A stretch of DNA of 64,000 bases from positions 29,450,001-29,514,000 of the forward strand of contig NC_043005.1 in the NCBI RefSeq assembly GCF_006345805.1, written 5' to 3'. This document shows, piece by piece, positions 39,531 through 53,136 of the stretch (positions within the stretch are counted from its first letter, which is position 1; each line of letters begins with the position of its first letter). Made by a program: the position numbers and the translations under genes. The stretch comes from Octopus sinensis. Lineage: Eukaryota. The notes beneath the pieces were generated by a model. The model ran no database searches. It was not told the origin of the DNA and worked only from the letters and a program-made list of their open reading frames with translations.

Positions 39531-40964
39531 CTTGCTAGCTGAATTTTTTATTAAGACAATAATGTCACATATAGATGATACAGCACAGAACACATACAAA
39601 TGAAGTTCATGCAAGTTTGAATGAACCTTATTTAAAAAATTTTAATGAACAGATGAATTTTATATTATATAGTCTTTTTTTTCCCCTTTTGGGGAGGGGA
39701 TTATGTCCAGTTGCCTAAAAGGCCTAGTGGCTACCCCTTACCTATTTTTTCCTCCCAATGCAGAGTAAATAGGGTTACTAGCACCTACCTTTCTTAACAC
39801 AGCCATCCATCTTTCCTCAAACACACTTTGTGACAGTATTCTCTTCTCCAGCCCTGTCTTGCTCTTCAGGGCCAGAGATGAAGGATTCCGTCACAAGTCC
39901 TTGCATTCTAGTCTTCCACACACATTCTTTCAGTACGGCATCTGTACAGAAAAAACATGCCTCACCTTCCTTCGCGAGTCCAGTTGGTGGTACAATCTTT
40001 ATTATAGATTCAGCCGATAGCTGTACTCTTCCCCATGGCCTTGCGAGCTGTTGGTGCTAAATTGCTGTAGAAAACTTCAAATTCTATAAGTGAAATAAAT
40101 TCACTGATCTACAAAATTAGAAATATTGCATTTCTAAATCTCTGAGAGAAAGTTATACAGTAGCAGCACGATAAAGTGATGGTTTGTTGCCTACTTAATG
40201 TGTCATCCCCAGGAAAGGGAAGAATGTTACTACTAATTAGCCCCAAGAAACACCGTTTCTAGTTGGCTCCGTGACACAAGTGTTCTGTGTCCTTTTTCTC
40301 CTATCCTCTTATTTTAGGCTGTCTTTTTGATACAATAAAATACCAATCATGTACTGAGGTTGATGTAATTGACTAAACTCTCTTGCCTCAAAATAACTTC
40401 CTTAATTAGAAACAACTTTTAAAGAAGCAAGTTGGCAGAGTCATTAGAGCATTGAACAAGATGCTTTGTGTCATCTCTTTCCATTCTGGGTTCAAATCTT
40501 ACTGTGGCCAACTTTGCCTTGCATCCTTTGAGGGGTGAGGAGGGGTTGATAAAATAAAGTACCTATGTCATATTGGGGTTGATGTAATTGATTGAACTCT
40601 TTTCCCTAAAATTGCTGGCCTTGTGTTAACCAGAGACCATCTTCAGAGTGGATTGGCAGAGTTGGTAGAGCATTGAAAAAAATGTTTTGCAGTGTTTCTC
40701 CTGGCCTGAGTTCAAATCCCACAGAGGACAACTTTGCCTTTCATTGTTTTGGGAGTCAATGATATAAAATCTCAGTCAATAAGTGAGGTTGATTGTATCA
40801 AATAACTCCCTTCTGTCATTATTGCTGGTCTTGTGCCTAAATCAGAAATCATTATCGTTATCGCTAGCATGATGGATAGAATATCAGAAGGAAAGCCTTG
40901 ATGTATTTGTTCTGGTTCTTTGCATTCTGAGTTCAAACCCTGCCAAGGTCAACTTTGTCTTTAA

Positions 40965-41185
40965 CCCTTTCATTACCAACCCGGCTGAAACTGCCTCTGG
41001 CTCTGAGTACAAATGTCTTGTTTTCATAAGTTTTGAATTAAAATCTTCCACCAAACCTTAGTCACAATTTATGTTCCTAACACTAGCTTAACGATAACTA
41101 AGTTATCTTACTAAATTCTTTGTTAAATTTAAAATTAATTGGAAGAAACACAGAGCATCTCAAAATAAATACAGTAATGAAAGAG
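40965..41185. mobile_element. piggyBac-type MITE inserted in a SINE
   Basis: TTAA|ccctttc ... gaaagag|TTAA; same family as 47515-47735. Confidence 0.7.
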
Positions 41186-41553
41186 TTAATCCATCTGAGG
41201 TTGGTCAAATGTAGTACCAGTACTTCAATCAAACTAACCCCCACCCCAATAAAACCAAAGGGAACTAGAAACCACTTGAACAGATATTACCCTTACCAGA
41301 ATTAGAATCCCGATGAAGGACAATTACATGATATCAATGAATGGTACGTAGACTAAAACCATCATGAACCATCATGAACAGGAGCATTTCTACTCTATAG
41401 TGACATCAGGTAGCCAATAACCTAGGAAAGCTTTCTATGACATACTACAATGATTTTACCTATCTACCTATCTACCTACCTATCTACCTACCTATTCTAT
41501 CTAATCTATCTATCTATCGATCTATTTATCTATCTATTTATCTGTCTATCTAT

Positions 41554-41586
<33 letters not shown>

Positions 41587-41587
41587 C

Positions 41588-41656
<69 letters not shown>

Positions 41657-41683
41657 ATCTGTCTGTCTGTCTGTCTGTCCAGC

Positions 41684-41718
<35 letters not shown>

Positions 41719-41802
41719 GAGAGAGAGAGAGAGAGAGAGAGGATAGATAGATAGATTGATAGATAGACAGATACAGAAAGAGAGAGAGAGATAGAGAGAG
41801 AG

Positions 41803-41833
<31 letters not shown>

Positions 41834-41840
41834 CAGATAC

Positions 41841-41871
<31 letters not shown>

Positions 41872-42462
41872 TAGTAGGCGGACTGATATACTGAGAGACA
41901 AATAGTTTTGAATATTATATTATAAGAATGGAACAGTTAACAATAATATACAAGTGGTGTTCACATGACTATCTGAATATCTGGTCATAGAACTGACCAC
42001 TCAATAATATGGCTGATGAAAAACTCCTCAGGGGGATCCTTCAACATGCGAATACAATATGGTCTCACAAATAATGGTGTTCTAATCTACTCAGCTGTCA
42101 GGATTTAAGCGTAATCAACAGACACAGAGAAAAAAGTGGTGGGGATGTCATGATCACGATTAAGAATAACAGTAATAAGGCTGAGGGAAAATATATCAGG
42201 AGAATGTTTTGTGGCTGTGTAGGCTGTGTGGTAAGAAGCTTGCTTCTCAGTCTCACGGTTCTGGGTTCAGTCTCACTGTGTGGCACCTTGGGCAAGTGTC
42301 TTCCGCTATAGCCTCTGGCTGACCAAACACTTGGGAGTGGATTTTGTAGATGGAAATGTATATATATATAAGACAAAAAATACATATAACCATACATACA
42401 TACATATATATATACATATATACATATATATATATATTATATATATATATATAATATATATA

Positions 42463-42508
<46 letters not shown>

Positions 42509-42610
42509 GTATATATACATATATATATATATGTAAATAGTAAGGAATTACCTCAAAACGTTTATATGTATATGTGTGTATCTGTGTTTTCTTCCCAAAA
42601 TACATATAAT

Positions 42611-42651
<41 letters not shown>

Positions 42652-44959
42652 ACACACACACACGTGTTTGTAAATGGTAAGGAATTACTCCAAAACTCTT
42701 GTGTGTATATGTATGTGTTTGTGTCTGTGTTTTCCCCCACCACTGCTGAAAATTGGTATTGGTTTATTTGCATCCCTGTAACTTAGTGGTTTGGCATAAG
42801 AGACTGATAGAATAAGTACCAGGCTCTAAAAAATAAAGAACTGGGGTTGATTCATTCGACTAAAGTTCTTCAAGGTAGTGGATCCAGCATGGCCACAGTC
42901 TTAATAACTGAAACACATAAACGAATAAAAGACTAATAAAGCCTCACATATGAAATGGAGGAATTTTAAAAATTACATTTAATGCAGATAATCCAAGAAA
43001 TTGGGAAACAAAACAGGATTTCTTCCTTCTTTTGTCAGAGATTTAAAAAAAAAAGAAATGAACCAGGAAATTAATTCCTCTGGAAATTGTCTTTTATTAT
43101 ATTCTATCTTTTATTTGTTTCAGTCATAGGACTGTGGCCATGCTGCAGCAACACCTTGAAGGGTGTAATTAGAACAAATTCACCCACAATGCATTGGTCA
43201 GCCTTGAGCTATAGCAGAAGTCATTTGCCCAAGGTACAGTGCAGTGGGACTGAACCTTGATACATGTAGTTGCAAATCAAGTTTCTTAAACACACCATCA
43301 TGCCTGCACCTGTACTCAAAATTTTAAGACAATCTAGAAATGCAGATTGAAGTGAATCTAGTTTTTTAAAATATGTATTGCTAAAGAGGTCTAATAAGAC
43401 TGAAATGTGTCCATTGTTTACCTCACTTGCGATTTAAACCTTTTGTTGCAATATTTCGTTCTTAAAATATATTGCCTTTGTGTGGGATAATTTTGAAAAT
43501 ATTGAAGTATTCCAGTAGAACCGTATCAGTTACCGGGCCACAGTTGGTGCAGTGAAAATTTTGACACTAAATAATAATTGTTTAAGTGAAGTTTATGGTC
43601 TTTGTGTGTTTTTGAGTGGATAACATGTGTCTTCCATCCTGTGATAGTTTCAAAACATGGTCTCAAATCAAATCACTTGCCTCTGAAATAATGAAACAAC
43701 TTGGTCATTATTAAGCTCGTGTTCAGGACATCAAATTAATGTGAAATTCTAATGGAAGGTTTCAATTTAGAGCTCTTTAAAACAAGAAATTTGTATCTTA
43801 GAACCAAGGTTAATATCAATAGGGGTTAAGCACTAGAAATACTTTAATCTTATTTTTTTCCTATATTGTCCAAGAATTTCAATCTACTGATCTAACTGGA
43901 GTTACCTCCCATTCCTATTGAGTTTTTTTTCTATGCAGTTGAACATCTGACTAAAATACTATAACATTTAATTCTAATAAAGATTGTTTGCCAACATAAC
44001 ATGGCAATCTTGGTTTAGGATGAAAGTTGCTGTAATTTAGCCCCTGGAGACATTGTCTCCAGCTGGCTATATGACACGATCTGTGTCCTTATATTTTTGA
44101 ACAAGGGAATCTAGCATCCCCACCCAGCTCAAAGCAATATCTGTGTATCATGATTTCCAGGTTATTTCCCTTCATCTGGGTTAATTTTCCTTCATATAAT
44201 TCTAAGTCCTTGTCAAAGTGGATGTCAGGTTGTCAGTGTTTGAGGTTGTTGGTAAGACAAGACCATAGCAATCTATTGCTCTCTCCACTTTTGGCACAGG
44301 ACTGTAGATTTTGGAAAGGATATCTTCAAGAAACTCATGTATATTATTGGTACTTTATATGTGATGAAAGACAGCACCAGCCACTTGCAAAATTGAGACT
44401 CAAAATATAAAGGACAGCAGGAAATACCACTGGGTATTTAGTAAAAGTCACCTGGTTCCTATGGTGTTTAAGTGACGAGACACACAACATTCTTTCTCTG
44501 GATAGATTCCAGTGTGTGAAAGGGTTACTCGTTCGCAGCTGAAGGCACTGGAGCAATGTAAAAGGAAGTGTCTTGGTGAAGGACACAATCCTACTGCCTG
44601 GTCTTGGAATCATGAGTGGCACACCCTGACCACTGGGCCATGGGCCTTCACCAGATATTTAGTCTGTTATTCTGCTCTTTCTGCCATTCCATGACCTTCT
44701 CTTTAGACTGTTCCAATTGACAAGATACTTACACTGATTGTGTTTATAATCAAAGCAAAGACCAGGACTGTCTTAGAGCACCGAGTGAAACGAAAATTTC
44801 CAGAAAGACTGTCATTAATCTGAATCAGATTTGGCAAACAAAGAATTTTCCAAGACATTTGCAATGTTTTTTTTCTCTCTTTTGCTTTAGTTTTCTTTTT
44901 TTTTCTTTTTCATAAGTTTGTCTCCAGGAAGAAAACATCCTCTGAATAGCGCCATATCT

Positions 44960-45245
44960 AAAACAGAAACAAGAGAGTGAGAGAGAGAGTGAAAGAGAGA
45001 GAGACAGAGGAAAGAGAAAGAAAGAGAGAGGGAGAGAAAGAGAGATAAAGAGGGGAGAGAGAGAAAATGAAAAAGAAAGAGTGAGAGAGTTAAAGAGAGG
45101 AAGAGAAAGAGATAGGGAGAGAAAGAAAGAGAAAGGAGAGAGAGTAAGTGAAGGAGAAAGAAAGAGGGAGAGAAAGAGAGAGGAGAGAAAGAGAAAGAGA
45201 GAAGAGAAGAGAAAGAGAGAAAGAGAAAGAGAGATAGGAGAGATT
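44960..45245. repeat. GA-rich polypurine low-complexity tract
   Basis: Almost exclusively A/G on the plus strand. Confidence 0.9.
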
Positions 45246-45963
45246 AAAATCAGAGATTAGTTACCGTTATTGAAAAGTAGCAAAGTAAATAATGGAGAGA
45301 AGTCTTTCCCTTTGGCATAGTTAGATTCCAAGGTTTTTCCTTCTCCATTTCTACAGATAAACAATAGAAGAATACTTGTTGGGGAATGGTACCACAATTC
45401 AACATATCGTAGAATAAGTCTGATTAATTTTATAGTGAGGAGCCAGAGGCTTTACTATTTAACTATTGTTTAAAAACCATCTCGGCTTTGTTTATCACTG
45501 TTGAATGTGTGGGTGTGTATGTGCGTGCGTGTTTTATGAGTGTATGAGTACATGTGTGTGTGCGTGTGTGTATGTGGTGTGTGTCTGTGTGTGTGTGTGA
45601 ATAAGAGAGGGAGAGAGAGAGAGAGAGAAGTGAAAGAGTTATTTTCTCACTGGAATACTGGTTTGCTCAAAAATAACAACATTATCCACTTAACAGTTTG
45701 AAGCAAAATTGTACGTTTAAGGTGAAGACAATACACGTGTGTACATATGCACAGACACACCACACACACACACACACAGACACACATATGCATACATACA
45801 TACACATGCACACATATATCATCATCATCATTGTTAACATCCACTTTTCCATGCTGGCGTGGATCATACAGAATTCATTGGGGGTAGATTTTATACTCTG
45901 TCATCAACCCTCACCTGTTTCTATATAGAATAATATTTACATATATACATGTATGTGTGTGTG

Positions 45964-45994
<31 letters not shown>

Positions 45995-46529
45995 TTATAT
46001 ATAATATATAAATCGTAGTAGAGGCCTCATTCTCGGGACCACTCGTGTCTAGAAATTGAGGCTGGGGGTAAGCAAGGGCATGCTCCCCGTAGAAAATCCA
46101 GTTCCAAAAATGGCTCAAGATAGCAAAGGAGAATAGGCACCAACCAGCCCAAAGGTTGGGGTGAGTTGCACCTACCTACCTTGGTTGCTATAGCGTTGAG
46201 GTAGATCTGGCCACCCCTGTTAATGGGGACAAAACCCAAATTTAAAACACTGGATGATGATGTTAATGATGTATATATATGTATATATATATGTCGTTCA
46301 TTGCTTGAAATAGTAAGTAGAAAAACAACTGACAACTGATGAAGGGTCTTTTTTATGTTGCTTGTCTTGTTTTCATTTGTTTCTTTCATTGTTCACAAAA
46401 AAAATTTGTATTCCATGTTTTCATATTTCATGTTGTTTACATTCTGTGATGTCCTGTGCCTATATATGCATATGTATATACATGTATATGTATGTACATA
46501 TATGTATGTATGCATATATATATAACATA

Positions 46530-46725
46530 CTCATGGCAGATACTGGTGTCATGCAAATGGCACCTGTGCCAGTAGCACATAAAGCACCCATTACACTCTT
46601 AGAGTGGTTGGCGTTAGGAAGGGCATCCAGCTGTAGAAACCATGCCAAATCAGACTGGAGTCTGGTGCAGCTTTCCAGCTTATCAGTCCTGGTCAAACTG
46701 TCCAACCCGTGCCAGCATGGATAAT
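46530..46725 (+). mobile_element. Short interspersed element with a gcgttaggaagggcatccagctgtagaaac ... ccaacccatgccagcatgg 3' end (second copy about 53470-53800)
   Basis: Two copies in the window; the second ends in (GAT)n, suggestive of an RTE-type 3' tail. Confidence 0.55.
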
Positions 46726-46793
46726 GGTATATGATATATAAATGTATATGTTTGTGTATCTATCAATCAATCAATCAACCAATCAATCAATCA

Positions 46794-46850
<57 letters not shown>

Positions 46851-47514
46851 CCTGTCTGTCTGTCTATCAATGTATATATATATATATATATATTTGCAGG
46901 AGTGGTTGTGTGGTAAGTATCTTGCTTACCAACCACATGGTTCCTGGTTCTGTCCTATTGCATGGCAGCTTTTATCCTTTATTTGTTACATTTGTGAGAC
47001 TGTGGCCATGCTCGGCACCACCTTGATAAATTTTAGTCAACTCCAGTACTTGCCATGTTTCAAGCCTGGTACTTACTCAATTAAACCCATTTGTTGAACT
47101 GCTAAGTTACATGGATATAAACACATCGACAATGCTTGTCAAGCAGTGGAGGAGACAAAGAAACACACAAAGAAACACACACATACACGCATATATAGAT
47201 AGATAACAGGCTTCTTTCAGTTTCCACCTACCAAATCCACTCACAAGGCTTTGGTCAGCAGAAGATGCTTGCCCCAGGTGCCACACAGTAGGACTGAACC
47301 AGGAACCATGTAGTTAGAAAGTAAGCTTCTTATCACACAGCCACACCAACGCCTATACATATAAAGAATATGAGGGGTTTAGTTCACTGATGATCTAAAC
47401 CAATAGGTACACTGAGTAAGTGCTATAATTGGTCATCCATTAGGTTCCAAGTTCACAGCTGAGGCTGGAGATAGGGATCCATTGTAGGGTTCTGAGTCAG
47501 CAGGAATGCTTTAA

Positions 47515-47735
47515 CCCTTTCATTACTGTATTTCTGTTGAGTTGCTCTGTGTTTCTTTCAATTACTTCAAATATAACAAAGAATTTAGTAAAATAACTTA
47601 GTTATCATTCAGCTAGTCTAAGGAACAGAAATTGTGACTAAGGTTTGGTGGAAGATTTTAATTCAAAACTTATAGAAACAATACATTTATACTACAGAGC
47701 CAGAGATGGTTTCAGCCGGGTTTGTAATGAAAGGG
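47515..47735. mobile_element. piggyBac-type MITE
   Basis: TTAA|ccctttcattac ... gtaatgaaaggg|TTAA, with TIRs and a TTAA TSD. Confidence 0.8.
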
Positions 47736-48002
47736 TTAAAGGGAAAGGAAAATAAAACCAAGGCAAGACGAGTTTCTCAGATCATTTAGAATATTTAATT
47801 TAGAGTAAGGTGAATCAAAACTGGAGCAGTAATTAATGTGTTACAGCTGTTTCTGAGATATCCCAGAAACAGGTGTATGACATTAATTACTTCTACTTCT
47901 CAAGTTTTGATTCTCCTTACACTAATTAAATATTCTAAATGACCTGAGGTACTCATCCTGCCTTGCTTTTGTTTTCCTTTCCCTTTAATACATATATATA
48001 TA

Positions 48003-48537
48003 TTAACAGTTATCGCCAAGCTAATATGGCAGTCCATAAATAAAAGACTAAAGCTGCCGTTGATTAACTCCAAGAGGCCATCGCCTCTAGCTAGCTATAT
48101 GACACATGTGTCCATTATAACCTTCGAACAGGAGAGGTCAGCTGCTTCCCCTTGCTGGTCAGACATCTGCAGACATGTTTCAGGGTATCTGCCCTTTATC
48201 AATGCAGAGTAGCCAGACCCAGCAGGCGCCACTGCGACTGTGTGTTCGAAGGATTATTTACCTAATTTCAGTGGAATACATCTACTGGTTTTCAAAAATA
48301 GAAATATTAAAATTTCTAAGTCTCTCTAAAGGAGACTACAGCAGCAGTACCGGAAGGTTATAATGGACACAGGTTCATGTGTCATATAGCTAGCTAGAGG
48401 TGATGGCCTCTTGGAGCTAATCAACGGCACCTTTAGTCTTTTATTTATGGACTGCCATATTAGCTTGGTGATAACTGTTAATTTCCAGTACTGCTGCCGT
48501 AGTCTCCTTTAGAGAGACTTAGAAATTTTAATATTTC

Positions 48538-48540
<3 letters not shown>
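48003..48540. mobile_element. ORF-less HHR element: ~350-nt monomer (A-X-B) plus inverted A'-B' arm, flanked by (TA)n
   Basis: A 48003-48125 pairs with 48353-48481, and B 48298-48355 pairs with 48483-48540. The HHR lies in X. Confidence 0.8.
48167..48207 (-). ncRNA. Type I hammerhead with U3-A8 covariant core
   Basis: cugca UUGAUAA aggg cagaua cccu GAAA caug UC ugcag. Stem I has 5 bp, stem II has 4 bp, and stem III is the palindrome ACAUGU. Confidence 0.75.
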
Positions 48541-48569
<29 letters not shown>

Positions 48570-49224
48570 GAGCAATAAGAAAATGGAGGAGATCAATAGG
48601 TGGTTCATCAACTTTTAGACATTATATTATGTCAACTTAAGCAACAAGGATATTCAGAGGTAATGCAGTACGATCATTTCATGCAACTCCATTTAATTGA
48701 ACAATGCAATCATTTCATCAATTTAAAATGTAGAGCAATCTTCAGCTGCACAAAGACATAGAATTTTATTAAATTAGAACAGATGGACACATTAGTATAA
48801 TTATATCTAAAATCTCCAAGAAGTTAAGGAGATAGACAAAGAACATGTTGTACCTACAACAGCATAGCCATAACTAAAATTTTCGAGAAGGCACTGCCAG
48901 TCACTATTTTTTTTTATGGGGTCATTTTTAATTTATAGACTAGTTTATCAAATCCCTTGTATATTTAAGGCTGAGAGAAACAAAGGGCAGTATCTGTTTA
49001 GGGTAGGGTTGAGTGAGTAGACATACATTCTCAATGGTATAGTCATAAAAATCAAGATTTATTGGAAGTAATGTCATGAGGTCTGGTAAGGGAAAACCTA
49101 AAACAAGATTTTAGCTGATAATTAAGGGGTACCCACTAGCAGACTATTGATAATGAAACAGGGGAAGTCTTATCATGTAGCACTATATTTAAATACTTTA
49201 AAACCTTGTATCTCATGCCTGCAT

Positions 49225-49258
49225 GGATCATCATCATCGATGTCATCATCATCACCAC

Positions 49259-49302
<44 letters not shown>

Positions 49303-49492
49303 CCACCACCACCACTGTCATCCTCACCACCACCACCACCACCACCACCACCACCACCACCACCACCACCACCACCACCACCACCACCACCACCACACCA
49401 CCACCACCACCACCACCACCACCACACCATCATCATCATCACCACCACCACCACCACCATCACCATCACCATCGTCACCATCATCATCATTG
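49225..49492. repeat. (CAT)n/(CAC)n trinucleotide tract
   Basis: Explains the poly-His/Pro/Thr/Gly/Trp ORFs. Confidence 0.95.
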
Positions 49493-50045
49493 ATGTCATT
49501 TAATGTTCGTCTTCTCACGCTTGCATGGGTCAACCAGCATTTGTTAAGGCAGATTTCCCACCTTCTTGTTGCTCACCCTCCTCACCTGTGTTTCCAGGCA
49601 AAGTGATATGTCCTTTTGGACAGACATGTTTCCTTTTCTTCCATACAAGACTGGAATCAGACAACGTTGCTTATTTACAACCATCTCATGATGTCAAGAC
49701 AAGGATACGCACAGGTACATGCAAGCACGTACACACACATATCTATATTTATGCATCTCTCTCTCTCTCTTTTTCTCCCTCTCTCCTCTCTCTCTCTTGA
49801 TATATATATTCTTTTATTCTTTTATTTGTTTCAGTCATTTAACTGTGGCCATGCTAGAGCACCACCTTTAGTCAAACAAATCAACCCCAGGACTTATTCT
49901 TTGTAAGCCTAGTACTTATTCTATCGGTCTCTTTTACCAAACCGCTTAGTTACGGGGATGTAAACACACCAGCATTGGTTGTCAAACGATGTTGGTGAGA
50001 CAAACAGACACACAAACATATACACACACATACATATACATATAC

Positions 50046-50118
<73 letters not shown>

Positions 50119-50121
<3 letters not shown>

Positions 50122-50883
50122 ATGGTTGTATACTGTCAATCTAACAAGAACGTGACAGTAGGGGGTACACCACCGTTATATAGCCCTAGGAGGCATCGAA
50201 CGCCTCCTGACAGCTCGACACATTTTATCCTGTGTCCTTATATACACATACAAAGGGGAGTCAAACACCCCCAACTGCCGGAACTGCATCTAGAGACACC
50301 GTGTTTCAGGATCATTGTCCTTCATCGGCCTAGAGTAGCAGACACCGGTCAGCTGGCGATGTCTGTCTCGACTTCGTATCTGTATATATCTATAGTCAGT
50401 GAAGTCTATTCACTGATTATCAAAATAAGAAATATTGTGTTTCTAAATCTCTCGTAGAGAGGTGTACGGTGGTGGAGCGATATAATGGTTGTATACTGTC
50501 AATCTAACAAGAACGTGACAGTAGGGGGTACACCACCGTTATATAGCCCTAGGAGGCATCGAACGCCTCCTGACAGCTCGACACATTTTATCCTGTGTCC
50601 TTATATACACATACGAAGGGGAGACAAACACCCCCAACTGCCGGAACTGCATCTAGGTGCAGTTCTGGCAGTTGGGGGTGTTTGTCTCCCCTTCGTATGT
50701 GTATATAAGGACACAGGATAAAATGTGTCGAGCTGTCAGGAGGCGTTCGATGCCTCCTAGGGCTATATAACGGTGGTGTACCCCCTACTGTCACGTTCTT
50801 GTTAGATTGACAGTATACAACCATTATATCGCTCCACCACCGTACACCTCTCTACGAGAGATTTAGAAACTCAATATTTCTTA
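50119..50883. mobile_element. ORF-less HHR element: 363-nt tandem unit plus a 229-bp-arm palindrome, flanked by (TA)n
   Basis: The A segment repeats at 50121 and 50484 (period 363). The palindrome 50426-50883 is centred at 50654/50655 with about 3 mismatches. Confidence 0.88.
50290..50333 (-). ncRNA. Type I hammerhead motif, core CCGAUGA
   Basis: cuagg CCGAUGA agga caauga uccu GAAA cac g gug UC ucuag. All three stems pair. Confidence 0.7.
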
Positions 50884-51532
50884 TATATATATATATATAT
50901 ATATACATATATGGAGATATATATATGGAGGTGCAATCTATGTGGGTGTCTTTTCAGAACATTGTCTGGTTTAAAAAGCCACATTAGATGCCATGATGGC
51001 GCTAAGGTGTTGGTGCAGGAGGTGGTCAAACTGTATAAGGAGTAGACCACCACCATGTATGTATGTAAGTATGCATGAATGTATCTCCAGCCAAATGTTT
51101 ATGTCTTTCCTATAAAATATATGAAGCCATGCTTCAAATACTGACGTTGCCCCCCCCTCCCCTTTCTATTCCTTGGCAGCTTCTTGTGGCTATGGACACT
51201 TAAAATTGATAGCTATATAGAAGAGAGGGGAAAGCCTTTCTATTAGATAAACTGGCTGAATGCAAACAACAACAACAGCAACAAGAGAAAGGAATATACC
51301 TCAGCCTCCTGAGTAGTTATAGAGATGAAACCTAATTTGATCTCCATCACTTCATGACTGCCTCCTCCCCCCACATTCACCCTACTGACATCAACTCTGT
51401 AGAAGGTGAAGCTAAAACTCGGCCACATCAACCTGGCAAGGTTAGGAGGCCTTTGTTAATGTTACACATACACTATTCACTGCCGATAATATCATTTTAT
51501 TTGTGTGTGTGTGTGTGCGTGTGTGTGTGTGT

Positions 51533-51563
<31 letters not shown>

Positions 51564-51588
51564 TTGTGCTTATAGATATAGATAACAC

Positions 51589-51643
<55 letters not shown>

Positions 51644-52255
51644 ATAAAACTTTTTGGGAAATGGATGCATGGCATTCGATCATATAGTAATATAAATAAT
51701 ATATAAATGTATGCATAGAAACTGTTTGTTTCTTCTGTTTTGTTCTTACTGTCCTGTTTTTGTTACCACTTTAACCCTCCGCAAAAAATCCCAAATTTTA
51801 TTTAATTTGCTTTATGAGAAGGACTGTTTAAACAAAGTCGCGTGTTGTCCCTACCTTCAAAACGCAGAGTAGATAAAACAGGGGACAACTGATGAAGAGA
51901 TTGTTCTTTATGTTGCCTGTCTCGTTTCTCTATTTGTTTCTTTCGCTGTTTGAAAAAAGTTTGTTTTCTATGTTTTTGTTTTTTATGTTCTCGTTTCTCA
52001 TTTTGTTCACATTTTTTTTTATGTCTTGTACCCATATATGCATGTATATATACATATATATGTAGGTATGTACATATATGTATGTATATATGCATATATT
52101 CATATATTATCTATCTATCTATTTATCTATCTAGCTATCTATCTGTCTATCTATCTATCTATCTATCTCTCTATCTGTCTGTCTGTCTGTCCGTCCGTCC
52201 ATCCGTCCATCCATCCATCCATCATCCATCCATCCATCCATCCATCCATCCATCC

Positions 52256-52358
<103 letters not shown>

Positions 52359-53087
52359 TATATATAATACAAATAGGATGTAGATAGGATTATAATCGAA
52401 GCTGAATTCTAATGACAAATATATATATACATAAATGTCTCAAGTGTAACTGTCTGAAACTGTAAGGACATCTGGTAACTTGATTGACAAAAGAAGGCTA
52501 CGAATTACCCATCCTTTTTTTCCTATCCCTCTAATTATTGTTTTTCCTGTCTACCTTTGTATTGTCTATCTATCCAGGTGTTTTATTGTCCTCTATTGCA
52601 TTTTGTTTCAGTATTTATATATAGAGTGAGCAATATAGTGACCACTCTCTTATATTTATTATATATATATATATATATATATATCTTATAGTAGGGTAGT
52701 CTGATTTATGGGATTACCCTGGGTTTCTTGCTTATATATATATATATATATATACACACTTATGTCAATCTATCTTTGCATATGTGTGTGTGTGTATAGG
52801 AGAAATCATGATAAATGCAATTTATGGCATTCCCTGTATACATGTTACCATTGTGGTTATTTCCAACCACTGCACTGGGTGTTTCAAGTGTAACTGGATG
52901 TTGAACTGCAACATATCACCAGGGGAACACTTTATTGCATAACATTGCAGACATCAAAGGCCACTCTACCGAACACATTGAATTCTGTATCAGATAATGT
53001 TTGCACTGTGTGAAATATATTTTCAATATATTTTAGAGTAACTACATTATCATACATATGTATATTTGTGTGTGCACGTGTGTGATT

Positions 53088-53136
<49 letters not shown>

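Noticed and set aside
49136-49606. Poly-His/Pro/Gly/Trp proteins
   Set aside because: All frames are open only because of the (CAC/CAT)n tract; no splice or coding context.
50122-50824. Three similar small ORFs (MVVYCQSNK...) suggesting a peptide gene cluster
   Set aside because: They result from the tandem and palindromic copies of one non-coding segment.
51403-51440. Candidate PDE8 exon 2 (AG|KVKLKLGHINLA|GT)
   Set aside because: Weak acceptor, 38-nt length and only vague similarity to the remembered FGPM(R/K)L motif.
51880-51915. CTGATGA motif as a hammerhead (also at about 46335)
   Set aside because: No GAAA/stem III could be folded downstream; permuted folds were unconvincing.
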